Counted from the first letter of the stretch, positions 25,387 to 34,783 are shown. The stretch: DNA of 45,933 nt from Candidatus Spechtbacterales bacterium (GCA_040900345.1 JBBDZE010000008.1:1-45933), one strand, 5' to 3'. Notes: generated by a model from the sequence alone, not told the origin. A program made the numbers and translations.

Positions 25387-26427
25387 ATGCACACCCTATC
25401 GAGAAAGACATGTATGCGCTATGCAGGGCTTATCGCCGTGCTGCTTTTTGTCGTTACCGGGGTTGCCGTGGTATTGGCGAAGGCGAATTTACAAGGGAGC
25501 GCTGATGACGAGGGTCTTGCAAGAGCGCTTCCCCAGCAGATCGTATTAGAGGCCGAAACGGTCCCTGCTCTCTACCCGCATGAACATTCGCTTGAAAACT
25601 CAGTATTCGATGAGGAGCACGGTATTTGGAAATTTTCTCCTACCGAGACGTTGGAGCAGGATGTTTGGGTTACAAAATTTGAGCTGGTGCTAGAAAACGC
25701 GCCCATGACGAGCCTGCATCATGCGGGCATTACGAACCTCAATGAGCCCAATCAAGTCTGCCCCAATTCGCCGCATGAAGTGTATCGGCATGAAATTTTC
25801 TCCACGACGCCCGATATGGCAGAGGCGCCCGTGGAATTTCCTGAAGGGTACGGTCTTTTTTTGCCAAAAGGGAGCCGCCTTGTGTTGGTAACCATGCTGC
25901 ACAATCCGCTTCCGCCCTACGGGCCCGGAGAGGTGTATACGGAGGTGGCCGCAAAGGTAGTGCTTAATGTAGAGCCGGCTTCAACGGCCAGCATGCGTCC
26001 CGTTGAGTACTATCGTTTGCACATTGACGACGTTGCTTGTCCGGGGGCTGTCTACCAGGAAGTCTTTACGGTGCCAGCGGGCGCACAAGGATTTGTGAAA
26101 AGGGGAACAGAGCGGGATGGTATGCATCCTGCGCGCGTGGAACTTTCAAGAAGCGGAGAGCTGATATATGCGACAGCCCATCTCCATCCTTGGGAGGGAG
26201 GAGAAAAACTTGACGTTTTGGTAAAGGATAAAAATGTTGCAACATTTAGGCCTCGGCAACTATCAAACGAGGCGTGGTCGTGGATAATTCCGCACCAAAA
26301 AAGCGGACTGCCGCGCGTAAGGGCGGGGGATACCCTGTCTATTGAGGCTACCTACAGCAATCCTTATGGGGGAGATATTTCTGGGGCAATGGGCATGTTC
26401 GTCTTTTACTTCGCCCCCGATCCTTAG
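25387..26427 (+). CDS. PHM/DBH-like copper monooxygenase-pattern protein, paralog 2
   Basis: Start trimmed to MHTLSRKTCMRYAGLIAVLLFVVTGVAVVLA. It carries the same motif series: SLHHAGITNL, LVTMLHNPLPPYGPG, ATAHLHPWEGGE, SGAMGMFVFYFA. It aligns collinearly by eye with 24312..25379. Confidence 0.55.
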   Translation: MHTLSRKTCMRYAGLIAVLLFVVTGVAVVLAKANLQGSADDEGLARALPQQIVLEAETVPALYPHEHSLENSVFDEEHGIWKFSPTETLEQDVWVTKFELVLENAPMTSLHHAGITNLNEPNQVCPNSPHEVYRHEIFSTTPDMAEAPVEFPEGYGLFLPKGSRLVLVTMLHNPLPPYGPGEVYTEVAAKVVLNVEPASTASMRPVEYYRLHIDDVACPGAVYQEVFTVPAGAQGFVKRGTERDGMHPARVELSRSGELIYATAHLHPWEGGEKLDVLVKDKNVATFRPRQLSNEAWSWIIPHQKSGLPRVRAGDTLSIEATYSNPYGGDISGAMGMFVFYFAPDP

Positions 26428-26688
26428 AGCGGTGAGCCAATTTTGGTAGAATAGTGTCGTAAGAATCCCGCTTCATGAGAACCGGTCGTTGACGCCACGG
26501 TTTTGACGGATGCGATACGTTCACAAACTGTTAGCACATCGGCTGCCTGTAACCTTTTTTAACTTCTGTAAACCATGATGTATACGCTATAGTTTAAGCA
26601 ATTCTAACCACTACATACCTCGGGTGCATTGTGGTCGTGACGGTAGGCTTTCTGGTCACTCCTCTAGCTCCTGTGGTTCCGCAAACAG

Positions 26689-28443
26689 ATGAGAGTAGGC
26701 ATCCTCATTACCGGCATTGCGCTTAGTTTGGTAGCATCCCTTACCTATTATGGTTCTGGTTTTCAACCAGGGGCGTTGCTGCTTTGGCTGAGCGCTCTTT
26801 TCCTATGCGCTGCTTTCTTTTACCTCCACGACGGGAGTACCTTCAGACTTAACATGAGAAAATCTGACGTGCTGGCACTCAGTTTGTTGGTGTTATTGTT
26901 TGCCCCTCTTTATTTTGTTCGCCTCTACACGATACCTTTTCAGATCAACACGGACGAAGTTACCATCATGTACTTCCAAAGACTAAACGTTGCCAACCCC
27001 GACATATTTGGCATCAGTAACTACCTCGATTTTCCGTCTCTTATTTTTATCGCAACCGGCTGGATGCAAGAGCTTCTCGGGGGAGTCGGTCTTTTCCATG
27101 CAAGAATAGTCCATGCCGGGTTTGGCATAACCATCATTGTTCTGGCGTATGTCTTTTTCAGACAATTCTTTCCTGTTTTTTGGGCCGCGTTTGCTGCGGT
27201 TGTTTTGGGTGCAAACCATGCCCTTCTCGCTATAAGTCGCATGGCCATGAGGGACAATTCGGGCTTGCTGGTTGGGCTGGCGTCCTTGGCCTTTCTGTAT
27301 TACGGGTATTTCCACAAGCGCACGTTGCATACATTTGTGGGAGGAGGTCTTGCGGGGCTGTGCTTTTATGTGTACTTCCCCGCACGGGCAGTTCTTTTTA
27401 TATGGCTTGCGTACTTAGTAAGCTTCGGGATGTTGCTTCTGTTGCGCCGGCGGAATATCCAATGGGTTTTCCAGGCAGGAGCGGTTGCGGTTTTAGGCTT
27501 TTTCATTGTTTCTGGGCTCCTCCATATAGCTGAATTAAAAAACACAACTGACTCCGGGGAAGATTTTTATCGCGAACGATTTCTTGTATTTGAAGAAGGA
27601 AGAATACAGCAGCAATACTGGGTCAACGCCCCGACCATTGCTGAGGGCGTAATGGTGAATATCAAAAATGGGCTAACAACGTTCAATAACAACGTGTCCG
27701 ATCAGAGCTTTATTTATCCTAATGCTAATCACGGCTTTGTTGACCCTCTCAGCGGAGTGTTGCTCTGGATTGGCATTGGAATAATTTTGGTAAAAGCGTA
27801 CCGTAACCGAGGATTTAAACAGGAAGATCTGTTTATGTTAATCGGATTTTTTTCGTTATATATATCGTATGCTTTCATCATCAATAAAAGCCCCAACTAT
27901 ACACGGCTCCTGATTATCCTCCCGTTTGTTAGTTTCTTTATTACGCAGGCGGCAAAAATTGTTTCTGAAAAAAGCAGCGAACTTTTGGGCACACTTTCGC
28001 TTTCCCGGCGCGTCAGTAGCATCAGCCTGGGCGTGCTTCTAGCCATAACAATTGTTTCTTTGAATGTACTGATTTTCGGTGATTTTGCCAGGAAAGGGTT
28101 GGCTGAAGGCAATGATGTCGGAGGTACGGCTCGATATATAGAAGCACGAAAAGATGCCCCAGGACATCAGTTTGTTTTGGTAGCCGACCAAACATATCCT
28201 TACTACTCCTGGGGAGAAAAATTCCAATGGGAAGATTGGCTGGGGTTTTTTGTCGGCGAAAACCAATCATACGCGGTGCTTGATTCTGAAAGTTTTATTG
28301 AGAAACTGCCGGATTCAAACGCCACCATTTTTATGAATGAGCTTGTATGGCTCAACTATAAACGCTCCTTAAAGGAAAAATATAAAGAAATGAAACTGCA
28401 TAATATAAAAACCGACGGAAGCCTGATAGCCATAGAGGTGTGA
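26689..28443 (+). CDS. GT-C superfamily glycosyltransferase (ArnT / PMT_2-like), polytopic
   Basis: More than 10 hydrophobic helices. The first external loop has an acidic motif (PFQINTDEVTIMYFQ) in the position of the ArnT/PMT catalytic Asp-Glu. A soluble C-terminal domain of about 130 aa follows. Confidence 0.6.
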   Translation: MRVGILITGIALSLVASLTYYGSGFQPGALLLWLSALFLCAAFFYLHDGSTFRLNMRKSDVLALSLLVLLFAPLYFVRLYTIPFQINTDEVTIMYFQRLNVANPDIFGISNYLDFPSLIFIATGWMQELLGGVGLFHARIVHAGFGITIIVLAYVFFRQFFPVFWAAFAAVVLGANHALLAISRMAMRDNSGLLVGLASLAFLYYGYFHKRTLHTFVGGGLAGLCFYVYFPARAVLFIWLAYLVSFGMLLLLRRRNIQWVFQAGAVAVLGFFIVSGLLHIAELKNTTDSGEDFYRERFLVFEEGRIQQQYWVNAPTIAEGVMVNIKNGLTTFNNNVSDQSFIYPNANHGFVDPLSGVLLWIGIGIILVKAYRNRGFKQEDLFMLIGFFSLYISYAFIINKSPNYTRLLIILPFVSFFITQAAKIVSEKSSELLGTLSLSRRVSSISLGVLLAITIVSLNVLIFGDFARKGLAEGNDVGGTARYIEARKDAPGHQFVLVADQTYPYYSWGEKFQWEDWLGFFVGENQSYAVLDSESFIEKLPDSNATIFMNELVWLNYKRSLKEKYKEMKLHNIKTDGSLIAIEV

Positions 28444-28641
28444 TGTGCTCTTGGCCGAAAGAGAGGATTGGGGCTTGCCAGGCAAAAAAGATAGAGCTCA
28501 GTTAGCGAGAGCCTTCCCTGAAACCTTTCGCCTTCGCCCCGCCTGCGCCGTGGCTTCGGCGGGCGGGCAAGGCTTCGATGGACGCGGTGCGGTCTCCCGC
28601 TGTGCCCGCCATAGCTTTAGCGACGGCGGGCCCCGCAGGCT

Positions 28642-29168
28642 GATGGTTTGCTGGACGTGTCCCGCATGGAAGACGGGACCTTTGGATTTGCAGCAAAAGA
28701 CCAGGCTCGCGTGCCGGTTGTTGAGAAAGTCTGTGCCTCATTCGAGCAGGCTGCCAAGCGCAAGAAGATATGGTTTTCCGTTGACACTCCTCCTGAAGAG
28801 GATATTGTTACGTTTGATGCCGATAAGAGACCGTTGCAATTGAAAACGTAGGGGACAATGCGGTTAAGTACACCCCAGAAGGCGGTTCGGTGACGGTCTC
28901 GGTAAAACAAGAGAACGACCGGGCGATTATCACGGTTGCCGACACGGGGATCGGCGTGTCGGCGCAGCAGCAGACCTACGTGTTCTCCAAATTTTTTCGA
29001 ACAGAAAACGCACAGCGGCTCGAACCAAATGGGACGGGCCTCGGGCTGTACCTTACCAAAAACATTGTCGAGCACCACGGAGGAGTCGTTTCGTTTTTGA
29101 GCAAAGAAAACAAAGGAAGCGTGTTTGTTATCGCGCTCCTTCTTACCACGTCTCAGCTGGTAGGCTGA
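28642..29168 (+). pseudogene. Frameshifted 3' fragment of a histidine-kinase paralog (HATPase_c only; no H-box or TM region)
   Basis: LLDVSRMEDGTFGFAAKDQARVPVVEKVCASFEQAAKRKKIWF... (28648..28851) then stops. In another frame IENVGDNAVKYTPEGGSVTVSVKQENDRAIITVADTGIGV...GTGLGLYLTKNIVEHHGG continues to 29168. It is collinear with residues about 200-371 of the intact kinase 20676..21791 but clearly diverged at the DNA level. Confidence 0.75.
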
Positions 29169-29203
29169 GGGCACAGATCGATTCCCCTTGGGTCCGTGCT
29201 ATT

Positions 29204-30328
29204 ATGCTTTATATGAAGCTGAGCGGATCCAGACGCATCCTTACTGCCGGGGTCATTCTTTTGTGTGTTCTTGACGGATTGTTGTTTGTCGTTTTGCAAC
29301 GTCTCGATAGCTCACAAGCTTCTGACGTTTCCGGTCCGCTCTACAAGACGCTTACCGTCGAACAGTTGAAGGTGTTGGCCCCCGACCCCTTTGTCTACCT
29401 GCACAACAATCTTGAAGAAATCGTACTGTATCAGGATGCGGACGGCGCTTTGCACTTAACGAGAGAAGCTTTCCGGCAAGGAATGATCGATCGATTTGGC
29501 TGCCACACGCTTGCTCACGAAATCGGCCATCACGCAGCTTCAGAGGGGCATTTTGAGCACATTGAGCTTCACATCTCTGATGCCAATATTAACTTTTGCG
29601 GAGGAGGTTTTATGCACGGGGTTGAAGGAGGACTTGCCGAATCGGGCCATCCGGGGTTTCGCGAAGATCTCTACTACTTCTGTACGCTTGCGCTTCCCGT
29701 GGCCACCACCTATGCTGCGTGCTATCACGGGGCGGGGCACGCATTTGTTGATCGTTCTCAAGACTTCCCTGAAGCGCTTCAGCTCTGTGATACCCTTATT
29801 ACGGACGAGCGCATTACCGCAACAGCTTGCTATCAGGGCGTTTTTAGTGAGCATATAGAAAGGATGCAAAGGGAAGGTGTCGAGAATAGCGAGTTGCTTG
29901 GATTCTGCGCTTCAATACGCCAAGCACTCCAAAATATCTGCGCACTAGAGCTGAATGGCCTGAACATTACCCCAGCATCGACGAATGCAGTAGTTGAAGA
30001 AACATTGAAGATTTGCGTGTACAACGACTACCCTGCAACGGTTAAGACGGGATGTTTGGAGAGCGTTTCTTGGGCTGCTGCAGATAGAGATGTATGGCAA
30101 CGAGGAAAGATTGTGCTCCTGCCTGTTATTTTCAATTTTCCTCAGGAGTTTCGGCGAGTATACATAGTGGCAACGACAAATAGGATGAAGGAGCACCTTA
30201 AGGACGGGACGGTAAATACGAATAGTTCGTTTTGTCAGGCATTTCCATCTCAGGACGATCAGCAGTTTTGCCGAGAGCGCATACTCACAAAAGACAACAG
30301 GGCTTTTACACACACCGCATTCCCATAA
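29204..30328 (+). CDS. Signal-anchored Cys-pair/His-motif helical-repeat protein (uncharacterised family, here called CHR), paralog 1
   Basis: TM anchor ILTAGVILLCVLDGLLFVVL; motifs GCHTLAHEIGHHA, CGGGFMHGVEG, ACYHGAGHAF, ACYQGVFSEH and further paired Cys. Confidence 0.8.
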   Translation: MLYMKLSGSRRILTAGVILLCVLDGLLFVVLQRLDSSQASDVSGPLYKTLTVEQLKVLAPDPFVYLHNNLEEIVLYQDADGALHLTREAFRQGMIDRFGCHTLAHEIGHHAASEGHFEHIELHISDANINFCGGGFMHGVEGGLAESGHPGFREDLYYFCTLALPVATTYAACYHGAGHAFVDRSQDFPEALQLCDTLITDERITATACYQGVFSEHIERMQREGVENSELLGFCASIRQALQNICALELNGLNITPASTNAVVEETLKICVYNDYPATVKTGCLESVSWAAADRDVWQRGKIVLLPVIFNFPQEFRRVYIVATTNRMKEHLKDGTVNTNSSFCQAFPSQDDQQFCRERILTKDNRAFTHTAFP

Positions 30329-30715
30329 TACGGCAGAGGAGGGTTCTTTGAGAAGTACGCACATTTCTTTGATTCGAGCATGGGGGCAGTAAGGAGGGTT
30401 GTTACAGAGAGGTGAAGCTTGTCGCAAGCAAGCAACGCAATACTTCTGTTGTAGCGTTCCGCGAGTAAGGAAACGCAGGAGCTTGTCTGTGGTAAGCTCC
30501 TGCGTGGGAGCCCCGTTCTTGTTGATCTAGCTTCCTTGATTACAGGAGGAGTTCTTACGAGAGATGCGGGTGTTTCGGGAGGGTTTTGGTATGATGGGGC
30601 CTGCATGAAGCGTATCTGGCCACGCAGGCATGCGTGATTGATGTGTCAGGAAGCATAGACGTGCACGGGCAGGCGCTTCTCAGCATGATAGCCATGCGAT
30701 ATCATAGGCATAGGT

Positions 30716-31987
30716 ATGATTCGCATGTTGACCACACCACTTTTCAGCAAAACATTTTTTTCTCGAAAGAAAATAGTGATCATTGGCCTTTTCGGTATAG
30801 CGAATGTGCTCCTTTTTGTTTTGTGGTTGGCGATGGGGGCTGTTCCTGGCGAGGTGCGCGATGCAAGAAGCAGCGAGGAGCTTCCTGAAATCCAGGAGTT
30901 GCAGGACACGAACCGCAACTTTGGAGAGCTGTCGGGCTATTTCAGTGCGCTTGCAGAGAACAAAGGGGGTGGGTATGCCTTTGCCGTCTTGCGCGCGGTA
31001 GAACTTCCACCCAACATCGACACGCACCTCTTGGGGCATGTCGTGGGGGACATTTTGTACAAGCAGAAAGGCCTGGAGGGCATCAACGTGTGCACCCACG
31101 ATTTTAGAAATGCCTGCTCCCATTCTATTGTCGTTGGGTTATTTAATGAGTTTGGCGAAGGTGCATTAGATGATATCGCGGCAGCCTGTCGCCAGGCGCC
31201 GGGAGGCAAGGGAGCCTATACCATGTGCTTTCATGGTTTGGGGCATGGCGTGTTGGCCTTTGTCGAGTACGAGATGCCCGACGCCATTGCGCTGTGCGAG
31301 AAAACGGGCACCGCTCTCTATCAGAACCGTGAATACATCGAATGCGTTGGCGGCACCGTTATGGAGATGATGGCGGGCGTCCACGACCCCGAGCTCTGGA
31401 GAGAAAAGTCGAAAAAGTATTTCCGTCAGGACGACCCGTTGTACCCCTGCACGAGTGATTTCATGCCTGATGAGGCGCGGGAGACGTGTTATATGTATCT
31501 CACGCCCCATCTGCTCGAATATGTGGGCGGCAATCCTGAACATTTTACGACGGCAAATTTTCGAGACGCATTTGCCTTATGCGACAAAGCCGATCAGAGG
31601 AGGCTACAGTTGGCGTGCAAGGCAAGTTTTGGGAAAGAGTTCATCGGGCTGATAAAGAACCGGGATATCCGCGACGTTGCAAACCTCAGCGAGGAAGAAG
31701 CGCGCACAATGTACGAGTGGTGTCTTTTGGCGGGGGATCGGGCTGGCAGTGCAGCGTGTATCGATAGCGCGATGGCGTCCCTGTACTGGGGCGGCGAAAA
31801 CGATCGGTCGGGCGCTGTTCGATTTTGCGGAGTCGTTGATGATGGGGAGTTCCAAACGATCTGTTTTAACAACCTGATAGGTGCGGTGCAGTATTATGTA
31901 CATGACCGCGCATACTACGAATCATTTTGTTCGGAGCTGCCATCTGCATATACCTCGGCATGCAAAGAGCGCCTCTTACAGAACTGA
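30716..31987 (+). CDS. CHR-family protein, paralog 2
   Basis: TM anchor IVIIGLFGIANVLLFVLWLAMG; HLLGHVVGDILY, CTHDFRNACSHS, MCFHGLGHGVLAF, ECVGGTVMEMM. Eight C-x8-16-C pairs in total. Confidence 0.8.
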   Translation: MIRMLTTPLFSKTFFSRKKIVIIGLFGIANVLLFVLWLAMGAVPGEVRDARSSEELPEIQELQDTNRNFGELSGYFSALAENKGGGYAFAVLRAVELPPNIDTHLLGHVVGDILYKQKGLEGINVCTHDFRNACSHSIVVGLFNEFGEGALDDIAAACRQAPGGKGAYTMCFHGLGHGVLAFVEYEMPDAIALCEKTGTALYQNREYIECVGGTVMEMMAGVHDPELWREKSKKYFRQDDPLYPCTSDFMPDEARETCYMYLTPHLLEYVGGNPEHFTTANFRDAFALCDKADQRRLQLACKASFGKEFIGLIKNRDIRDVANLSEEEARTMYEWCLLAGDRAGSAACIDSAMASLYWGGENDRSGAVRFCGVVDDGEFQTICFNNLIGAVQYYVHDRAYYESFCSELPSAYTSACKERLLQN

Positions 31988-32132
31988 CATGCCATCAATA
32001 CAACAACATAATCGATGGATGGGAAGCATTGCCAGAAATGCATAAAGAGAAGATTCGGCCATTGTTTGAAATTCTTGACCAAACGGCGAGAAACGGCAAC
32101 GCCAGTGGAGGATATCGCACGAGTAACTAACT

Positions 32133-33215
32133 ATGCGCTTTTTCGCCATCGTATCGGCTCATAAATTGAACAAGAACCGCTTGGTGCTTGTTGTTGGTAT
32201 AGGGCTTGTTGTAGTGTTAGTCGGAGTTGCATCCGCATTGTATTTCGGAGAGAGGGGTTCAGATGAACAAACCAGTATTGGTGCACAAGACAGGCCGGCA
32301 AACGATTATGCCTTGGAGGCAAAATGGTGGGCAGAAAGAATCGACACGATCGGCCCCGAAGATGCATACGAAGAGTTCAAGCACGCCTATCAACAGGAAA
32401 GCTATGCGAGGCAACACACCCTTGCGCATATCTTTGGAAGGGTACTCTATGAGAAGGCTGGCATCGAAGGTTTTGCAATATGTGATAGCGCTTTTGCATT
32501 TGGTTGTTATCATAGTTTTTTTGGCACCTCTATCAAGGCTGACGGAATGAGCATTGTGAAGGAACTCGATGGAGCATGTAGGCGCAGGTGGGGAGGCGCC
32601 TACATGCCCTGTCAGCATGGTATAGGCCACGGGATACTCAGTTCGTTAGGGGCAAATCACCTCCAAGACGCTCTCGATGTATGCTCAACAATCATGGAAC
32701 AGCCTACCGGGGGGTGTGCGAGCGGTATCTTTATGGAATATAATTTCAGGACGATGAGTGCTGTGTGGGGGGAAGGGGAGAGAACATTAGTACGTCCCTT
32801 ACGGGATGAGCGTGACGTGCATATGCCATGTGCGCTTTTACCGCAGCAATATACATCAGCATGTTATTATGAACAGCCACAGTGGTGGGAGTTTGTTCTT
32901 GGCGAAGATTACGAGCGGAGTAAAGCTCTCTGTGCGGAAATTACCGAGGAGGATGCTCGAGGAGCTTGCTTTCGTGGGGTTGGGCACTACAGAGCGAATA
33001 ATGGATACGACATAGAAAAAGTGCACGATGTATGCGGCACTATTGCCGCGGGGATGCCAGAGCAGCTTTTTTGCTATCAAGGCGCGGCATGGCTTTTTCT
33101 TGCAAGACAAAACGGGGGAGCGGATACAGCTCGTGCCCTATGCGAGGCCATCAAGAGAGAAGAAGACCGAGCGGTATGCTCGGCGAGTATAGAAGGTAAC
33201 ATATTTAGATTATGA
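32133..33215 (+). CDS. CHR-family protein, paralog 3
   Basis: TM anchor LVLVVGIGLVVVLVGVASALYF; HTLAHIFGRVLY, GCYHSFFG, PCQHGIGHGILS, GCASGIFMEY. Seven C-x7-12-C pairs (14 Cys). Confidence 0.8.
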   Translation: MRFFAIVSAHKLNKNRLVLVVGIGLVVVLVGVASALYFGERGSDEQTSIGAQDRPANDYALEAKWWAERIDTIGPEDAYEEFKHAYQQESYARQHTLAHIFGRVLYEKAGIEGFAICDSAFAFGCYHSFFGTSIKADGMSIVKELDGACRRRWGGAYMPCQHGIGHGILSSLGANHLQDALDVCSTIMEQPTGGCASGIFMEYNFRTMSAVWGEGERTLVRPLRDERDVHMPCALLPQQYTSACYYEQPQWWEFVLGEDYERSKALCAEITEEDARGACFRGVGHYRANNGYDIEKVHDVCGTIAAGMPEQLFCYQGAAWLFLARQNGGADTARALCEAIKREEDRAVCSASIEGNIFRL

Positions 33216-34363
33216 GCAAGACGATACGCACCATTGCTGTTGCGTTGCAAAAAAAAGTGATTTTTATGGCGAGGGGGGAAAAGAGTTTTGTGATAGCTGG
33301 TCTTTTTTTGGCAGGGTTGTTCGTGGCAGGAATAATCGTTATGGTTGACGGCTCGCAACCCCGCAGCCAAAGCGCGCCTTCGCAAGAAGAATTTCTCGAG
33401 ACAATGGAGGCGCAGTATCCTTCGGTTTTTGCCGGTATACGAGACAAGTTATCAGAGGTTGTTGAGGACTACGGTATAGGCGGGGCCCTTGCAATTTCGC
33501 TGAAGGCTTTTGGCGCGGGGGATATTTCTATGTACGAGTGCCATCTCCTTTTTCATACCATCGGACACAGTGCGGAGATTTATTACAACAGCGATGACAT
33601 GAAAATCGTGCAGCACGATAGCAACAACTGCGAGTTCGGCTATCGTCACGGCGTGGAAGCTCAAATCGTGGCACGAAATAGTGAACATTTTCAAGAAGAA
33701 TTACACCGTTTTTGTGACACCCTCATAGCCCATACCTCCTATCCAGATTGCTATCATGGCGCGGGACACGGCTTGGTGAAAGGAACACTCGATGTCCAAA
33801 AGACGCTCGAGCTCTGCGATTCGCTCCAAGAAGGGCGTTCCCGGTCAGTGTTTAGCTGTTATACCGGAGCTTTTAGCGAGGTCACGAATATCGTGGGAGG
33901 AGTGGACAGCGAGACGGGGTACCGGCTTACGGGAACTTCGCCGCTTACGCTCGGGGGACTAGAGGTGATGGAATACTGCGCTTCATTTACGGGAGAGGAG
34001 CATCAGCAGGCATGTGCTTACGAACTGAATGGATTAACGTTTTCTCTTAATACAACCGAGGAGCATCTTCGAAACGAATTATCGCGATGCGCGCAAGGAA
34101 GCTACGCCGAAGACCTCAAAGAAGCCTGTACGTACAGTGTTTCAGCCGTATTTGCCCAGCACATGCTGCCAAGAACGCAGTCGCTTTCGCCTTCGCATGA
34201 ACTGCTAGAAACCCTCACGCCGGGCCTGCGAGAAGCGTACATCATGGGTTCGGGTACGGAGATGAAGCAATTTATTATCAGCGGACAGAACCTAGACTGG
34301 AATGTCTTTTGCAATTTTTTTGAAGAGGATGAGCACGCAACGTGTGTCGCCATATTTGAGTAA
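33212..34363 (+). CDS. CHR-family protein, paralog 4
   Basis: ATGA start/stop overlap with the upstream gene. TM anchor FVIAGLFLAGLFVAGIIVMV; ECHLLFHTIGHSAEIYY, CEFGYRHGVEA, DCYHGAGHGLVKG, SCYTGAFSEV. Confidence 0.8.
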   Translation: MSKTIRTIAVALQKKVIFMARGEKSFVIAGLFLAGLFVAGIIVMVDGSQPRSQSAPSQEEFLETMEAQYPSVFAGIRDKLSEVVEDYGIGGALAISLKAFGAGDISMYECHLLFHTIGHSAEIYYNSDDMKIVQHDSNNCEFGYRHGVEAQIVARNSEHFQEELHRFCDTLIAHTSYPDCYHGAGHGLVKGTLDVQKTLELCDSLQEGRSRSVFSCYTGAFSEVTNIVGGVDSETGYRLTGTSPLTLGGLEVMEYCASFTGEEHQQACAYELNGLTFSLNTTEEHLRNELSRCAQGSYAEDLKEACTYSVSAVFAQHMLPRTQSLSPSHELLETLTPGLREAYIMGSGTEMKQFIISGQNLDWNVFCNFFEEDEHATCVAIFE

Positions 34364-34368
34364 GCGTT

Positions 34369-34776
34369 ATGCAGAAGAACAGTATACAGCACAGGGCAAC
34401 CAAAGGAGGCGTCGCAGGAATTGTTCTTGTGTGCATTCTTTTGGGCGGAACGTACGTTGTGATTGATCGACAAGAGGCGACGGTCGGGAAGGAGGACAAG
34501 CATGCCACTCATATCGTACGGGTTACGGATACAGCATTTGTGCCCGCAGAGCTGCATGTCCGTTGGGGAGATACGGTGCAGTTTATCACCGAGCGCGGTA
34601 CCGCGTTCTGGCCCGCCTCTGACCTTCACCCCATACACGAAGACTACCCCGATTTTGACGCACGAAGGCCGATTCCCCCAAATGAATCATGGACCTTTAC
34701 ATTTACCCAGAAGGGCAGTTGGAGCTACCACAATCACTTGCACCCTTTCTTTAGGGGCAGGATAGTTGTTGAATAG
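34369..34776 (+). CDS. Signal-anchored stand-alone cupredoxin-like domain protein with a His cluster and no ligand Cys (here called HCu), copy 1
   Basis: TM anchor VAGIVLVCILLGGTYVVI; FVPAELHVRWGDTVQFITERGTAFWPASDLHPIHEDYPDFD...PNESWTFTFTQKGSWSYHNHLHPFFRGRIVVE. Confidence 0.8.
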   Translation: MQKNSIQHRATKGGVAGIVLVCILLGGTYVVIDRQEATVGKEDKHATHIVRVTDTAFVPAELHVRWGDTVQFITERGTAFWPASDLHPIHEDYPDFDARRPIPPNESWTFTFTQKGSWSYHNHLHPFFRGRIVVE

Positions 34777-34783
34777 GCGAGGC

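Noticed and set aside
28445-28843. 132-aa ORF spanning the GC-rich element and the start of the kinase fragment
   Set aside because: Its N-terminal part is translated from hairpin-rich GC-rich DNA, and its C-terminal part is out of frame relative to the recognisable kinase homology.
31927-32130. 67-aa ORF in the gap between CHR paralogs 2 and 3
   Set aside because: It overlaps the 3' end of 30716..31987, has no signal sequence, has none of the family motifs and lacks an obvious RBS. Evidence is insufficient.
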